DNA from: Octopus bimaculoides
Taxonomy: Eukaryota
Direction of reading: 5' to 3'
NCBI RefSeq assembly: GCF_001194135.2
Contig: NC_068997.1
Location: forward strand, 19,213,447 to 19,277,280
Length of the DNA: 63,834 nt
Part shown: positions 50,531 through 63,335 of the stretch, one piece after another
Layout of the letters: each line of letters begins with the position of its first letter
Numbering within the stretch: the stretch's first letter is position 1
Made by a program: the position numbers and the translations under genes
The notes under the pieces: model-generated
What the model saw: only the letters and a program-made list of their open reading frames with translations
Told to the model about the DNA's origin: nothing
Databases searched by the model: none

Positions 50531-51055
50531 ATGTTTTTATCTATTATTATTATTATTAATATTAGTATTATTATTAAAGTGGTGAGCTTTCAGGATCATT
50601 TGCCCACTGGACAAAGTGCTTAGTGATTGTCTGTCTGTTTTTCCTTTTTGGGTTCAAATTCTGTTGAAGTTGACTTTGCCTTTCATTCATTCAGTGTTGA
50701 TAAAAGAAGTGGCAGTTCAGTTCTGAGGTATCAATGTAATCGACTTATCCACTCCCCTAAAATTTCAGGCCTTTTGCCAATAGTAGAAAAAACTATCATT
50801 ATTATTATCAACAGCAGTGAGCTGGCAGAATTGTTAGAGCATTGGCTCTTTAAGTTCTAAGTTCAAATCCCACCAAAATCAGCTTCAATAAATGCAAAGT
50901 ACTAGTCATGTACTGAGATTGATGTAATCAATTATATTATATATATTTCCTTTAAGATTACTAACCTTGTGCCAAAATTAGAAAGAATATCATTATTATT
51001 AAATAAAAATGTAATTATCGTATCTCACTTCTTTTTATATTTTCCTCTCTTTTAG

Positions 51056-51244
51056 CAAAAAGATGACTATTTCTCTTTGGGTGATCGTCGCTGTTCATTG
51101 AATCTCGATGCGACAGAATCTTCGTCAACATTGACATTTTTTGGCAGCGTACCTGATTTGAAACTGCTGGATAATTTCCCTGATGCCAAGAGTCTAACCC
51201 TGAAAGACAGTTCCAGTTTTCTGGAAGAGGTTTATTCAGATGAA
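51056..51244 (+). CDS. fry: fry exon 31 (QKDDYFSLGDRRCSLNLD...EEVYSDE)
   Basis: ttttag acceptor, GTAAGT donor, 189 nt; resembles the DNFNWGVRRRSL segment of vertebrate FRY (recalled). Confidence 0.9.
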
Positions 51245-51334
51245 GTAAGTAAGAAGAACTGAGCTTGGAATTTTGTTTTTGGTCAACTGGATTCAACAAA
51301 GAACATAAATGAATCTCAAATCTCATTTAGAGAT

Positions 51335-51370
<36 letters not shown>

Positions 51371-51885
51371 GTTAGACATACACACACACAAATACACTAC
51401 ACTTTATCTACATCTTGTCACTGTATTTTATATAGACAACACTGCTGTTTTTATGCTCATATACTAAACACATGTTTCCTCTCTAGCATAGTTATACAAT
51501 AAGAACTATTGTCTGCCACCTATGCTTCAAACCACGCAGTTCTGCAAAAGGACTGAATAGTCATCCGAGAGGTCATGGATGGAAAATCAGAAATGCCATT
51601 GCTACCAAGGAAGCACAATGTGATGGCAGTAATCTGTGAAGAGGGAACAACCACCATGTGTCTGTGTTTGTGTGTTAATTTAGTTATAAGTGTTCCTTAA
51701 GAAGCAAGTCATATCACCCTGTATGATGTCAGATGCCACGAAATGGCTAAGTACAAACACAGAGCTCATATATACATGTGTGTGTGTCTATACACACACA
51801 CACACACACAACACTTTATCCACATCTCATCTTTATTATATTTTATATAAACAATATATTTTCATACTTATATACTAAACATATC

Positions 51886-51933
<48 letters not shown>

Positions 51934-52084
51934 NNNNNNNNNNNNNNNNNNNNNNNNNNNNNNNNNNNNNNNNNNNNNNNNNNNNNNNNNNNNNNNNNNN
52001 NNNNNNNNNNNNNNNNNNNNNNNNNNNNNNNNNNNNNNNNNNNTGTCTGTCTGTCTAATCTGTCCGCCTGTTTTCTTCTCTGTC

Positions 52085-52115
<31 letters not shown>

Positions 52116-52749
52116 CTATCTATTTATCTATCTCTCTTTATCTTTTTTTACTTACAGAATTATTAAATGGCCATTGCTCTTCTCAAGAAATGTCTCTTTG
52201 AGTTTACTTGTATTAATTTTCTTCTCTTTTTTTTTTCCTTTATGATGTCCTTAGTTTTCTTCTTTGTTTTTCTCTTCTTATTTCTTCACAACCAAGGTCA
52301 ATCCACCCTGGGATTTTACCGAACAATGATGATGCTGATGATCCTAATTTTTCTTCTTCCACTTCTTCTTCTTCTTCTTAAACTAAATACTTTGAACATT
52401 TGGATATTCTGGTTTACTTGCTGTGAGTCTACATAGCACAATTCCTTTTGTTTTAGAATTCTGGTTACTATTACTCTTTAGGTCATATCACTCCCCATTT
52501 TTTCCATTGCTTTCTTTTTGTAGTTCTTCTCCACCAGCAATCAATATGTTAGTTAATTCTTATCTGGAGTATGTTACCTAAACCCCATCTGCAGCATGTT
52601 AGTTGTTAATCTTTATGTCTGTGCAATATTTAAGCCCCCCCCCCTACACACACACACACACACACACACTGCAATGTGTTGAGTAATTCCCCTCTGTTGT
52701 CTGTTAGTTAATTCTGAACTCATGTGTTAATTGATCTTTGTATCATTGT

Positions 52750-53530
52750 AAGAACTAATCTGTATCTTCTGTGTGTTAATTAATTCTCAAATCTAGTATA
52801 TTAGTTAATCCTTGTCTTCAGTATAATGAGTAACCCACGTCTGCCGTGTGTTAGTTAGTTATCCACTTGTGTGTTAGTTAACCCTTGTCTCAATGTAAGA
52901 GCTAATCCATGTCTGTTGTGTGTTAGTTAACCTTTGTCTTTAGTATAATAGTTAATCCACATCTGCTCTGTGTTAGTTAATCTTTGTCTCAATGTAAGAG
53001 TTAATCCATATCTTCTGTGTGTTAGTTAATCTTTGTCTCAATGTAAGAGTTAATCCATGTCTTCTGTGTGTTAGTTAATCTAGTATAATAGCTAACCCAC
53101 ATCTGTGTGTTGGTTAATCCTCAACTATGGTCTATTTCTGCTGTGTGTTAGTTAACCTTTATCTTTAGTATAATAGTTAATCTACATCTGCTGTATGTTA
53201 GTTAATCCTTGTCTCAATGTAAGAGTTAATCCATTTCTGCTGTATATTAATTAATCCTTGTCTCAATGTAAGAGCTAATCGATGTCTTCTGTGTGTTACT
53301 TAATCTTTGGTCTTTAGTATAAAAGTTAACCTACATCTGCTGTGTGTTAGTTAATCTTCAACTGCAGTGTATTTCTGCTGTGTATTACTCAACCTTTGTC
53401 TTTAGTAAAATAATTAATCCACATCTGCTATGTGTTAGTTAATCCTTGTCTCAATGTAAGAGTTAGTCCATGTCTGCTGTGTGTTGATCAATCCTAAACT
53501 GCGTTGCATTAGTTAATCCTTGTATTAATG
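52750..53530. repeat. Degenerate minisatellite, about 44-48 bp period (TGTGTTAGTTAATCCTTGTCTCAATGTAAGAGTTAATCCA...)
   Basis: The same motif recurs many times in tandem with divergence. Confidence 0.85.
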
Positions 53531-54550
53531 TGATAGATAGTTTGTTTTTTTTTGTTTCTGGCAAACTAGCACTTGTTTACTTATTCTTTTGTAATAATGT
53601 ACTGTTAATCCTAAACGTCATCTCCCTATTAAATCTACAGTACTGTTGGAAGTCAACATTTAGTGCTTGTATATCTGATATTTAATTCTGTGTATCACTA
53701 CAGATAATGAGCTAATGAGGCTGTTTTTAATTGTTCACCTGAGTTAGAACTTATGTAACTTGGCCAGTACTCAACCAAGTAATGATCCATTTAATTGGAT
53801 CTTTACTCAACAAAGTAATGACTCATTTAACTCGAGCATTGTTCATCTGAGTAATGGGTTATCTAACTGAAATATTGATTACCTGAGTATTTTCTCATAT
53901 AACTGTGTTATTACTTAGCTGAGTGTTGGTTCATTGAACTGACTCATCACTTGTTTGAGTGTAGCTCATTGCTAGTTTGAGTAACAGTTTATTTGACTAG
54001 GTTATTCAATTGAGTTAATATGAGTGGACCTTAAGGTGATGAGTTGGCAGAAATCGTTAGCAACATTTCATCCATCTTTGTGTTCTGAGTTCAAATTTGG
54101 CCAAGGTTGATTTTGTCTGTTATCCTTTCAAGGTCAATAAAATAAGTACCAGTTGAGCACTGGGGTCGATTTAATCAACTTACCCCTCCCCCAAAATTGC
54201 TGGCCTTGTGCCAGAATTTCAAATCAATATGAGTGGACCCTGGAAGTAGCATAGCTTGGGTATTGAATTTGACCACCCATTCTTTGACTATAACTTACTT
54301 TCAACATATGCTTACTCCTGCTCGACCCTCCCTGCCAAAAAAAAGTGCCACCATATGTAGTTTGTACACTATACACATATCCCTTGCAACACCACTGGGT
54401 CTTGGTATAGCTAAGTCAACTGCATTTTTTTTTTCCTTGTTAATCCAATTCAAAGAATATAATCCCATATGCAAAAGCAAGCCCTCACCTTAACCATCAT
54501 CTCACTTCTCAAACTGATCATTTTCATATTTGCATTTGTTTTCTCACCAG

Positions 54551-54672
54551 TCTCAAGCCTCTGGAGGTGATGAAGATGATGGTATGCCACAAGTCAACCA
54601 AAATGGATCTGCTTCATCTTACCAAAATCAGACTTTAACCAAAAGAAAAATTTTTCTTTTGAATTCTCCAAG
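54551..54672 (+). CDS. fry: fry exon 32 (SQASGGDEDDGMPQVNQNG...LLNSP)
   Basis: ctcaccag acceptor, GTTAGT donor. Supplies the phase 0 to 2 bridge to exon 33. Confidence 0.8.
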
Positions 54673-54857
54673 GTTAGTTGTTATTGCTTTGAACCATCAT
54701 CATCATCATTATTATGTTGTTGTTTAGCCCTTGTCAGTCCTGATAGAGTTTGACCTGTCAAAAATTTGTTTTACTCAAATTCTTCCGAAGTATTGGGATT
54801 GATATAATCACCTCCTCCTTCCACTCTGGAATTTCTGTCCTTGTACCGAAGTAAGAA

Positions 54858-54913
<56 letters not shown>

Positions 54914-54964
54914 CATCATTATTATTATTATTATCATTATTATTATCATTATTATCATTATTAC

Positions 54965-55015
<51 letters not shown>

Positions 55016-55029
55016 CATTATTGTTATTG

Positions 55030-55073
<44 letters not shown>

Positions 55074-55098
55074 ATTATTATTATTACTATTATTACTA

Positions 55099-55129
<31 letters not shown>

Positions 55130-55141
55130 TATTATTATTAC

Positions 55142-55181
<40 letters not shown>
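54858..55181. repeat. Long imperfect (TTA)n microsatellite, about 320 bp
   Basis: Direct reading; it generates the spurious poly-I/N/L ORFs. Confidence 0.97.
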
Positions 55182-55711
55182 GAGTGAGAGAGCAAGGCAT
55201 ACCATCAACATGGCACTGGGGTAAAATATACGAAACCCAGAATACCCATCATGACTACCCATCTGATAAGGGTACACCAGGCACAAGCATCACGACCATA
55301 TGTGCATAACATGATAACCTTATATCAAGATAAACAGCACATGACCTTACGGGGTCAATAACATAGCTTCCAATCAAGTACTGGGGGGGTCAATGTAATC
55401 GACTTCCCTGCCCCTCAAACTTACTGGCCCTGGGCTAATATAATAAACAATTACTATTAAGGTGACAAGCTGACAGAAATGTTAGCATGCCGGAGAAATT
55501 GCTTTGTGGCATTTCATCTGTCTTTGCATTCTGAGTTCAAATTCTGCTGAGGTCAACTTCACCTGTCAACCTTTTGGGGTTGATAAAATATGTACCAGTC
55601 AAGTTCTGGGATCAATGAAATCAACTAGCTCCTTTGCCCCAAAATTTCTGGTGTCCATTGTAGTAAGGATTATTATCATTACTGTTATTATTATTATTAT
55701 TGGTGTTGTTG

Positions 55712-55788
<77 letters not shown>

Positions 55789-56165
55789 GTTGTTGTTGTT
55801 GTCATTATTGGCAAGCTGGCAGCATTGTTAGCACACCAGGCAAAATTCTTAGCAGCATTTCTTCTGTCCTTACATTCTGAGTTCAAATTCCACTGAGGTT
55901 GACTTTGCCTTTCGTCCTTCCGGGGTCAATAAATTAAGTACCAGTGTANNNNNNNNNNNNNNNNNNNNNNNNNNNNNNNNNNNNNNNNNNNNNNNNNNNN
56001 NNNNNNNNNNNNNNNNNNNNNNNNNNNNNNNNNNNNNNNNNNNNNNNNNNNNNNNNNNNNNNNNNNNNNNNNNNNNNNNNNNNNNNNNNNNNNNNNNNNN
56101 NNNNNNNNNNNNNNNNNNNNNNNNNNNNNNNNNNNNNNNNNNNNNNNNNNNNNNNNNNNNNNNNN

Positions 56166-56221
<56 letters not shown>

Positions 56222-56490
56222 AACTACTAAGAGTTGGTGGGTAACAGAATCTTGGTAAAAGATACTTGCCCAGGATGCCACAAAGAAGAATTGAACCTAG
56301 GACCTCATGATTATAAAGGAAACTTCTTAACCAGTCAACTACGAAAGTGTGCTTATTCGTGCACATACGTGTGTGTATGTGTGTGTGTGTATGTAAAATC
56401 AGCAAACATCATCCTCATCATCACACTTGCATGTGTGCAATCATATTTTTCAAAGATTAATTCTATTCCATTATATTTCTTTTCTTTAAG

Positions 56491-56698
56491 CCCAGTCCCT
56501 GATGCTGAACCAACCCCAACACAACCTTCTGCTGTGCCGTCTTTCAGTCTCACCAACATTTCCAATTGTGCCTTCCATTTCAACATTCACAGTGAAGCTA
56601 TTGAGGATGCTTGGAAGACTCATGTATCCGATGTTCTCAACACTTCTTCATCAGAACATGTCATATACACTTGCCAAATTTTCCCACGTTTATATAAG
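56491..56698 (+). CDS. fry: fry exon 33 (PVPDAEPTP...EAIEDAWKTHVSDVL...IFPRLYK)
   Basis: In-frame acceptor is tttAAG; donor GTTCGT; EEAW-type Furry C-terminal motif. Confidence 0.9.
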
Positions 56699-57427
56699 GT
56701 TCGTGCTGCTTCTTTTCCATCTTGGTTTCAGTTTTGGCATCAGTTGAAAGGGGTTAACTGTTTAAATGATAATTATATATATATATATATNNNNNNNNNN
56801 NNNNNNNNNNNNNNNNNNNNNNNNNNNNNNNNNNNNNNNNNNNNNNNNNNNNNNNNNNNNNNNNNNNNNNNNNNNNNNNNNNNNNNNNNNNNNNNNNNNN
56901 NNNNNNNNNNNNNNNNNNNNNNNNNNNNNNNNNNNNNNNNNNNNNNNNNNATATGCAAAAAAGAAATGAAACTCACTACTTCTGACTTCTTAGTCTTAAT
57001 GTGTTACTACTGTTTGCAATGTTGAACTACAACTTGCCATGGTACCAATTTATGGCTTCATGAACTGGCCACTGAGAGCCAAGTGTTTTTTAGCTGCGGA
57101 CACAATGCGGTATTTCAACTGGCTTTACATTCTGAGTTCAAATTCTGCCAAAGTCGACTTCGCCTTTCATCCTTTCAGGGTCAATTAAATAAGTACCAAT
57201 TGCGTACTGGGGTTGATGTAATCGACTTAATCCCTTTGTCTGTCCTTGTTTGTTCCCTCTGTGTTTAGCCCCCTGTGGGCAATAAACAAATAAATATATA
57301 TGAACCCTCTGTAGCTTGACAACCTACTAAGTTGGCCTTCCAAACAGTATGCTTTCCATTTTTTCTTTTTTATAAATTTTGTTTGTGATCATTTCAGATT
57401 GATTGAACATTTTTTAATCTTTTATAG

Positions 57428-57518
57428 GATTTATATAAACAAGTTTTAACACTTAGCAAAGAAGTCTGTTATTATCTTCACAAGGCTGAATCGTTTAAAG
57501 AACTTGCTCAAGATTTTG
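57428..57518 (+). CDS. fry: fry exon 34 (DLYKQVLTLSKEVCYYLHKAESFKELAQDF); ends at a U12 donor
   Basis: ttatag acceptor; followed by ATATCCTTT. Confidence 0.88.
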
Positions 57519-57730
57519 ATATCCTTTGGAAATGTTACCATTTTTATTTATTTATTTTTTACCGAGTCGTAGGAGTAGCTGTGTGGTAAGTAGCTTGCTT
57601 ACCAACCACATGGTTCCATGTTCAGTTCCACTGCATGGCACCTTGGGCAAGTGTCTTCTACCATAGCCTCGGGCCAACCAAAGCCTTGTGAGTGGATTTG
57701 GTAGGCAGAAACTGAAAGAAGCCCGTCGTG

Positions 57731-57767
<37 letters not shown>

Positions 57768-59251
57768 TTGTGTGTATATGTTTGTGAGTCTGTGTTTATC
57801 CCCCCAACATCGCTTGACAACCGATGCTGGTGTGTTTACATCCCCGTAACTTAGCAGTTCGGCAAAAGAGACCGATAGAATAAGTACTAAGCTTACAAAG
57901 AATAAGTCCTGGGGTCGATTTGCTCGATTAAAGGCGGTGCTCCAGCATGGCCACAGTCAAATGACTGAAGCAAGTAAAAGAGAGATGAAAGAGAGCACTT
58001 TGCATATCTGTTGTTTTATTTTTTTTAAACAGTAAATTAGTCAGATGACAATGGACAGTATACATAATATTTATAGGTCCTCTCAACAACAGCTGGCATT
58101 AGAATAGTTGATGAACTACCTGGGTATCTGTAGAAAGGATCTAGTCCAAATGCTTGTTGCAGCAGAGCAAACTCCACTCAAAGCACTGCAACACCAATTA
58201 TTAGTGATGTTAAATCTACATGTGTGTCCTTCCTTTGCAAAACATTGTGCCTTTTTACACCTCTTTATGCCAAAATGGTAAAACTTAGCTGTTCAATAAA
58301 TAGAGATCATTAAAAATAATATAGACTGAAATAAGTAGTGGACTTGATACGATCAACTATAACCCTTGAAAGCTGTGCCCCAGCACGGCCATATTCTAAT
58401 GATTTAAAACCAGTTAATTCTTTAGCATTCATCTTAGTCTGGACCGGGCTGTGTTGTGTTCTTGAGCAAGACACTTTATTTCATGTTGCTCCAGTTCACT
58501 CAGTTGTAGAAATGAGTTGCGACGTCACTGGTGCCAAGCTGTATCAGCCTTTGCCTTTCCCTTGGATAACATCAGTGGTGTGGAGAGAGAGTGGGGGAGG
58601 CTGGTATGCATGGGTGACTGCCGGTCTTCCATAAACAACTTTGCCCAGACTTGTGCCTCGGAAGGTAACTTTCTAGGTGCAATCCAATGGTCATTCGTGA
58701 CCGAAGGGAGTCTTTACCCTTTTGTATTAATCATGCCATTATCTCTTAGCTTTAAGATTTCAATGATGTGATTGTTTATTTTTAGAATGATATTGTAGGG
58801 TAGGTGTGAAAGGCTGGATCTGGCTGGTTTGAACATTCAGCATATATAATACTTAGGCCAGATATGGCCAGTTTAAACACTAAAGGTTAAAAAATAAAAC
58901 TATACCTGTTGTTATAGAAATTGAAAAGAAAATATCACAGCCTTTTTATTGATCTATGAAAGACCTTCCTGTATTTCTCTTATATCCTTTTATGTTAAGG
59001 TCTCCTACATCTTTTGCTCCTTGCTAGATTGAGAAAGTAAGTAGTGAAGGAATTATTAGGGTTGATATGGCTGACTAAAACTATTGAAGGTGGTGGTGGT
59101 GGTGCCCCAGCATAGCTGCAGATGATTGAGTGGAACCTGTGAACCTGTTAAAGAACCAAAGAACAAAAAAGAATATTTTTAATCTTAGTTCCTGTAACAG
59201 TTTGGTTAACACAAATAAAACGATAAATATGTTCTTTAACTCCTTGTTCAC
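57519..59251 (+). other. U12-type (minor spliceosome) AT-AC intron
   Basis: 5' site ATATCCTTT, branch site TTCTTTAAC at 59232-59240, 3' end CAC at 59249-59251; restores the frame. Confidence 0.88.
57569..57985 (+). mobile_element. SINE family C with internal (TA/TG)n microsatellite
   Basis: GTAGGAGTGGCTGTGTGGTAAG-type head ... GGTGCTCCAGCATGGCC...AAGTAAAAGA tail. Other copies at 20372-20745(-), ~27540-27790, ~31900-32190, ~10290-10460, ~23735-23870. Confidence 0.85.
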
Positions 59252-59316
59252 AACAGATTATGCAGATGCTGTTCACAAAAATTGATTGTCCCTTTGTTTT
59301 CATGATGTCCAAGTCG
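59252..59316 (+). CDS. fry: fry exon 35 ((E)QIMQMLFTKIDCPFVFMMSKS)
   Basis: Starts after the AC acceptor; donor GTAAGT; matches the QMLxxxxxCPxxF pattern of Furry. Confidence 0.86.
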
Positions 59317-60059
59317 GTAAGTCAATAAAATTTGACAGTTTTCAAATTTTATTATTGTTATTCAAATAATGCCTAAGTCAACTTAACTTTTCATCTTTTG
59401 GGGTCAATTAGATATGGTACTAGTGAATATTATTGTTGTTGTTGTTGTTGTTGTTAAGACAGCAAGCTGGCAGAATCATTAGCACACCACTTGAAAAGCT
59501 TCCCAGTAATTCACTTGCCACTACATTTTGAGTTCAAATTCCACCAGGGTCAACTTTGCCTTTCATTCCTTTCAGGGTCAATAAATTAAGTACCAGTGAA
59601 ATACTGGTATTTATGTAATCAGCTATTTCCCTCCCTCAAAATGTCAGGACTTTTGCCTTTACTAAAAAGGATTATTATTATTATTATTAAAGCAGTGAGC
59701 TGGCAGAATAGTTAGCACACCAGGCAAAATGCATTTTGTCCATCTTTACATTCTGATTTCAAACTCTGTTGAGGTTGACTTGGCCTTTCATCCGTTTGGG
59801 GGTTGATAAATTAAGTACAAGTGAAATATTGGGGTCAGTGTAATTGACTAGCACCCTCCCCCAAATTTCAGACCTTGTTCCTATAGTAGAAAGGATTATT
59901 ATTACTATTCTGATGATGATGATGATAATGATAATGATGGTTCTAATGTCTGCTTTACCAAGCTTGCTTGCATGGGTCAGACAGAAATTTTTGAGGTTGA
60001 TTTTTCTGTTGCTGGGTGTCTGTCCTGTCATCAACTCTTGCTTGTTTCCAAGCAAGGTA

Positions 60060-60093
<34 letters not shown>

Positions 60094-60243
60094 GATCCAC
60101 CTTACTCACTTATGAAAATATAATATGTCTAATTATTGCTTAAACATAAGTGGCAATAAAATCATCATTGATGCCCCAATGATCTAATAATTTCTTTAGA
60201 AATTTTTGTATGATATTGAATTGAATTAAATTTTATTCTCTAG

Positions 60244-60342
60244 ACGTTAGACTCCAATGTTGTCAATAAGCACAAATTTTGCCTCCTGGAACTCCGAGAA
60301 TGCATGGATACTTTCAGGTTGAGGAGAGATCAAGCTAAAGAG
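60244..60342 (+). CDS. fry: fry exon 36 (TLDSNVVNKHKFCLLELRECMDTFRLRRDQAKE)
   Basis: ctctag acceptor, GTAAAG donor, 99 nt. Confidence 0.93.
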
Positions 60343-61574
60343 GTAAAGTGATGTTTAACAGTTAATTTTTTCCCTTCTTATATTCTTCTAATCGTAAACT
60401 ATGTTTATCATTGGTTTACCCAGTGATCTCAGGCAATTTCACTGCCATGTTAAGTAGTTGTTTTTATATCTGTTCTGGAACTTTATATTGTACATAAAAA
60501 ATAACCTTAGGAAAGGATCTGTGTTAAAACAAAAATCATTTAATAAAATACACAAATCATCAGAGACCAAACTACCATATTTTCCAGTATACAAATCTAA
60601 TTTTTCAAACCAAACTTTACAGCCAAAATCGGTAGTTCAGCTACATCAAAACCAGTTCAGGGGACCAAATGCAGCAGGATTTGGTAAAATAGTGGCAATG
60701 TCTGAATGTTTACATTACATATTTACACTAGATAGTACTTTCACTTGAGTACCAAGAAATATGATAATTAATATTTAGTGTGGATCATCATCATCATCAT
60801 TTAACGTCCGTTGTCCATACTGGCATGGGTTGGTTGGTTTCACCAGAGCTGCATCAAACTCCAGTCTGATTTGGTATGGTTTCTATGGCTGGATGTCCTT
60901 CCTAGCACCAACCACTTTACAGAGTGTGTTGGGTGCTTTTATGTGGCACTGCCACAAGTGCTTTTCACTACCAGAGAGGCTGGTCTTAGAACTTCAGCCC
61001 TGGAATACAAGTTTTCTTGAGTACAGCAAGATGCCAGTTAGAATTGCCACTGGATCACATGAGCTCCTCCACCTTTTAAATGTAATTATTAAAAATTAGG
61101 TTAATACTTCAAACACATGTAACCTTTTTAACTGGCCATGAATTTGCTATGTCATCACAAGTTTCTGGATTTGATCCTACTGCATGGAATTTTGAGCAAA
61201 TGTCATTTATCATAGACCTCAGGGAAAATTGGGGAGATGGAATCTGTGAGGAAATCTATTAGAGAGCCTGCTTGTTTTTGTATAAAAATCTTCACCCATT
61301 GTCTGATTTAATACTATAATGTGTCTCTGAGTGCTTTTAGTGGAGTCCACTGTATTACAAACATTCAGAGCAGGTTTTCAATCTGAGGACAACTCAATAC
61401 TTTGAAGTAACAATAACACAGAAAATGTAGCTACTTACTTCTTCGATTTCCTCTATTAGTCTTGGAGACTTTAAAAACATCACAGATACTGCCATTCCTC
61501 CTATGACTAAACCATTAAATAAATACAACCTAATCTCAAGACATTTAGATATTGAAATTGTGTTTTATTTTCAG

Positions 61575-61646
61575 AGCCTCAACATCATTATTTCATCTGA
61601 GAAACAGAATGGTTCAGATTTAAATTCAACTTTCCACAGCAGAGAG
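61575..61646 (+). CDS. fry: fry exon 37 (SLNIIISSEKQNGSDLNSTFHSRE)
   Basis: ttttcag acceptor, GTATGC donor, 72 nt. Confidence 0.82.
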
Positions 61647-62057
61647 GTATGCCATGTGTTTTGTTAGTATGTCTTTCTTTACATGTCTTTCACTCTATAT
61701 ATCTTTTATATCCTTGTGGATAAACAGCGGGGAAAGAATTTACACAATGCAATACAATCACTATTACACGAAACTCAATGCTCTCTATCAATGGCTCACA
61801 GTGACTGCCAATCACTCACAGTTCCTTGTTTTATAGCAATGGATCAGTCCATCTTTGGTCACTTGTGGGGGTGGTCGGAATCCTTCCACATCAATATCAT
61901 TCTGTGTGTTTTTCTATCAACATGTCACTCTTCCTGTCCAATGGTAATTTTTCTGTCTACATTTTTGTATGTAAGCCCATTTCTCTATACATTAGCTAGT
62001 CTCTCTCCACCCCTCTACACATCACCCAGTATGTCTACCCTACTCCACACAGCAGGC

Positions 62058-62095
<38 letters not shown>

Positions 62096-62764
62096 CTCTC
62101 CCCTCTCTCTCTCCCTCTCTCTCTCNNNNNNNNNNNNNNNNNNNNNNNNNNNNNNNNNNNNNNNTCTTACTCTCTCTCTCTCTCCCCTCTCACCTCTCTC
62201 TCTCTCTCTCTCCCCTCTCTCTCTCTCTCTCTTTCCCCCCCTCTCTATCTCTCTCTCTTCTACATTTGTCTGGCCACAATTAGTCTTGTTTCAACCAACA
62301 CAACAATTATGTCATTGACTTCTCCTTTATTGTGAACCCCTAAGTGAAGTCACATGGCTTAGTGGTCAGAGTATTCAGCTACAATCATTAGGTCATGAGT
62401 TCAATACCTGGTGGCACACCATGTCCTTGAACAAGACATTTTATTTCACATTGCTCCAGTCCACTCAGCTGGCAAAGATGAGTTGTACCTGTAGTTCTAA
62501 GGGCCAGCCTTATCACATTCTGTGTCATGCTGAATCTCCCTGAGAATTACTTTAAAGATACACCAGCTGTTCTATTGATCAGATCAACTGGAACCCCCAT
62601 CATTATAACTGGCAAAGTATCAGTAATTATTGTCTGCATATCAGTTTGTCATTTTGTCCATCTTTATATCAGATGTTCTTTTTTAAAATAGACTCAGGAC
62701 CAGAGATGGGACCTCAACCAATCTCAAATGCTTACCATTTACAATGCTATTCTTTCAATTTCAG

Positions 62765-62875
62765 AAATTAAACATGTGCCGCTGTCTCTACAAACTAATT
62801 TTTCAACTGATGTCGTTGTTTGAAAGTTACTCCAAAGTTCTGGACATTGTATATAATGTGGACATTCCCACCCAG
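62765..62875 (+). CDS. fry: fry exon 38 (KLNMCRCLYKLIFQLMSLFESYSKVLDIVYNVDIPTQ)
   Basis: tttcag acceptor, GTACAA donor, LYKLxFQL motif. Confidence 0.94.
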
Positions 62876-63293
62876 GTACAACAAATTGCATTTTTAATTT
62901 TTATCTTCTATAAAAATTTTTTTAAATACTTCACTCCTGAGGACAATAATGACGACGACGACGACGATGATGATGATGATGATGATAATTATTATTATTA
63001 CTTTTTTTTATTAAGGCAGCAAGCTGGCAGAATCGTTAGCACGCAAGGTGAAATGCTTAGTGGTATTTCATTAGTCTTCACGTTCCAATTCCTTCGAGCT
63101 GGCAGAATCGTTAACTCACCTGACGAAATGCTTAGCAGTATTTCGCCTGTCACTGAGTTCAAATTCCGCCGAGGTCGACTTTACTTTTCATCCTTACAGG
63201 GTCGATAAATTAAGTACCAGTTGAGTACTGGGGTCGATGTAATTGACTACCCACCTGCCCCAAATTTCAGGCCTTGTGCCTATAATAGAAAGG

Positions 63294-63335
<42 letters not shown>

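Noticed and set aside
54758-55286. Long poly-I/N/L ORFs (also 24705-25967, 39768-40879, 12760-13510)
   Set aside because: Artefacts of (TTA)n microsatellites or N-gaps.
57428-57568. Exon 34 extended to a GT donor at 57569 as the main model
   Set aside because: It adds a hydrophobic intron-like peptide (DILWKCYHFYLFIFYRV) absent from Furry as I recall it, and uses a weak SINE-derived donor; the U12 signals fit better.
58077-58280. Protein-like ORF segments (VLSTTAGIRIVDELPG; LMNYLGICRK...) as extra exons
   Set aside because: No similarity to Furry at this position, in-frame stops, and exons 34 and 35 already join without a gap through the U12 intron.
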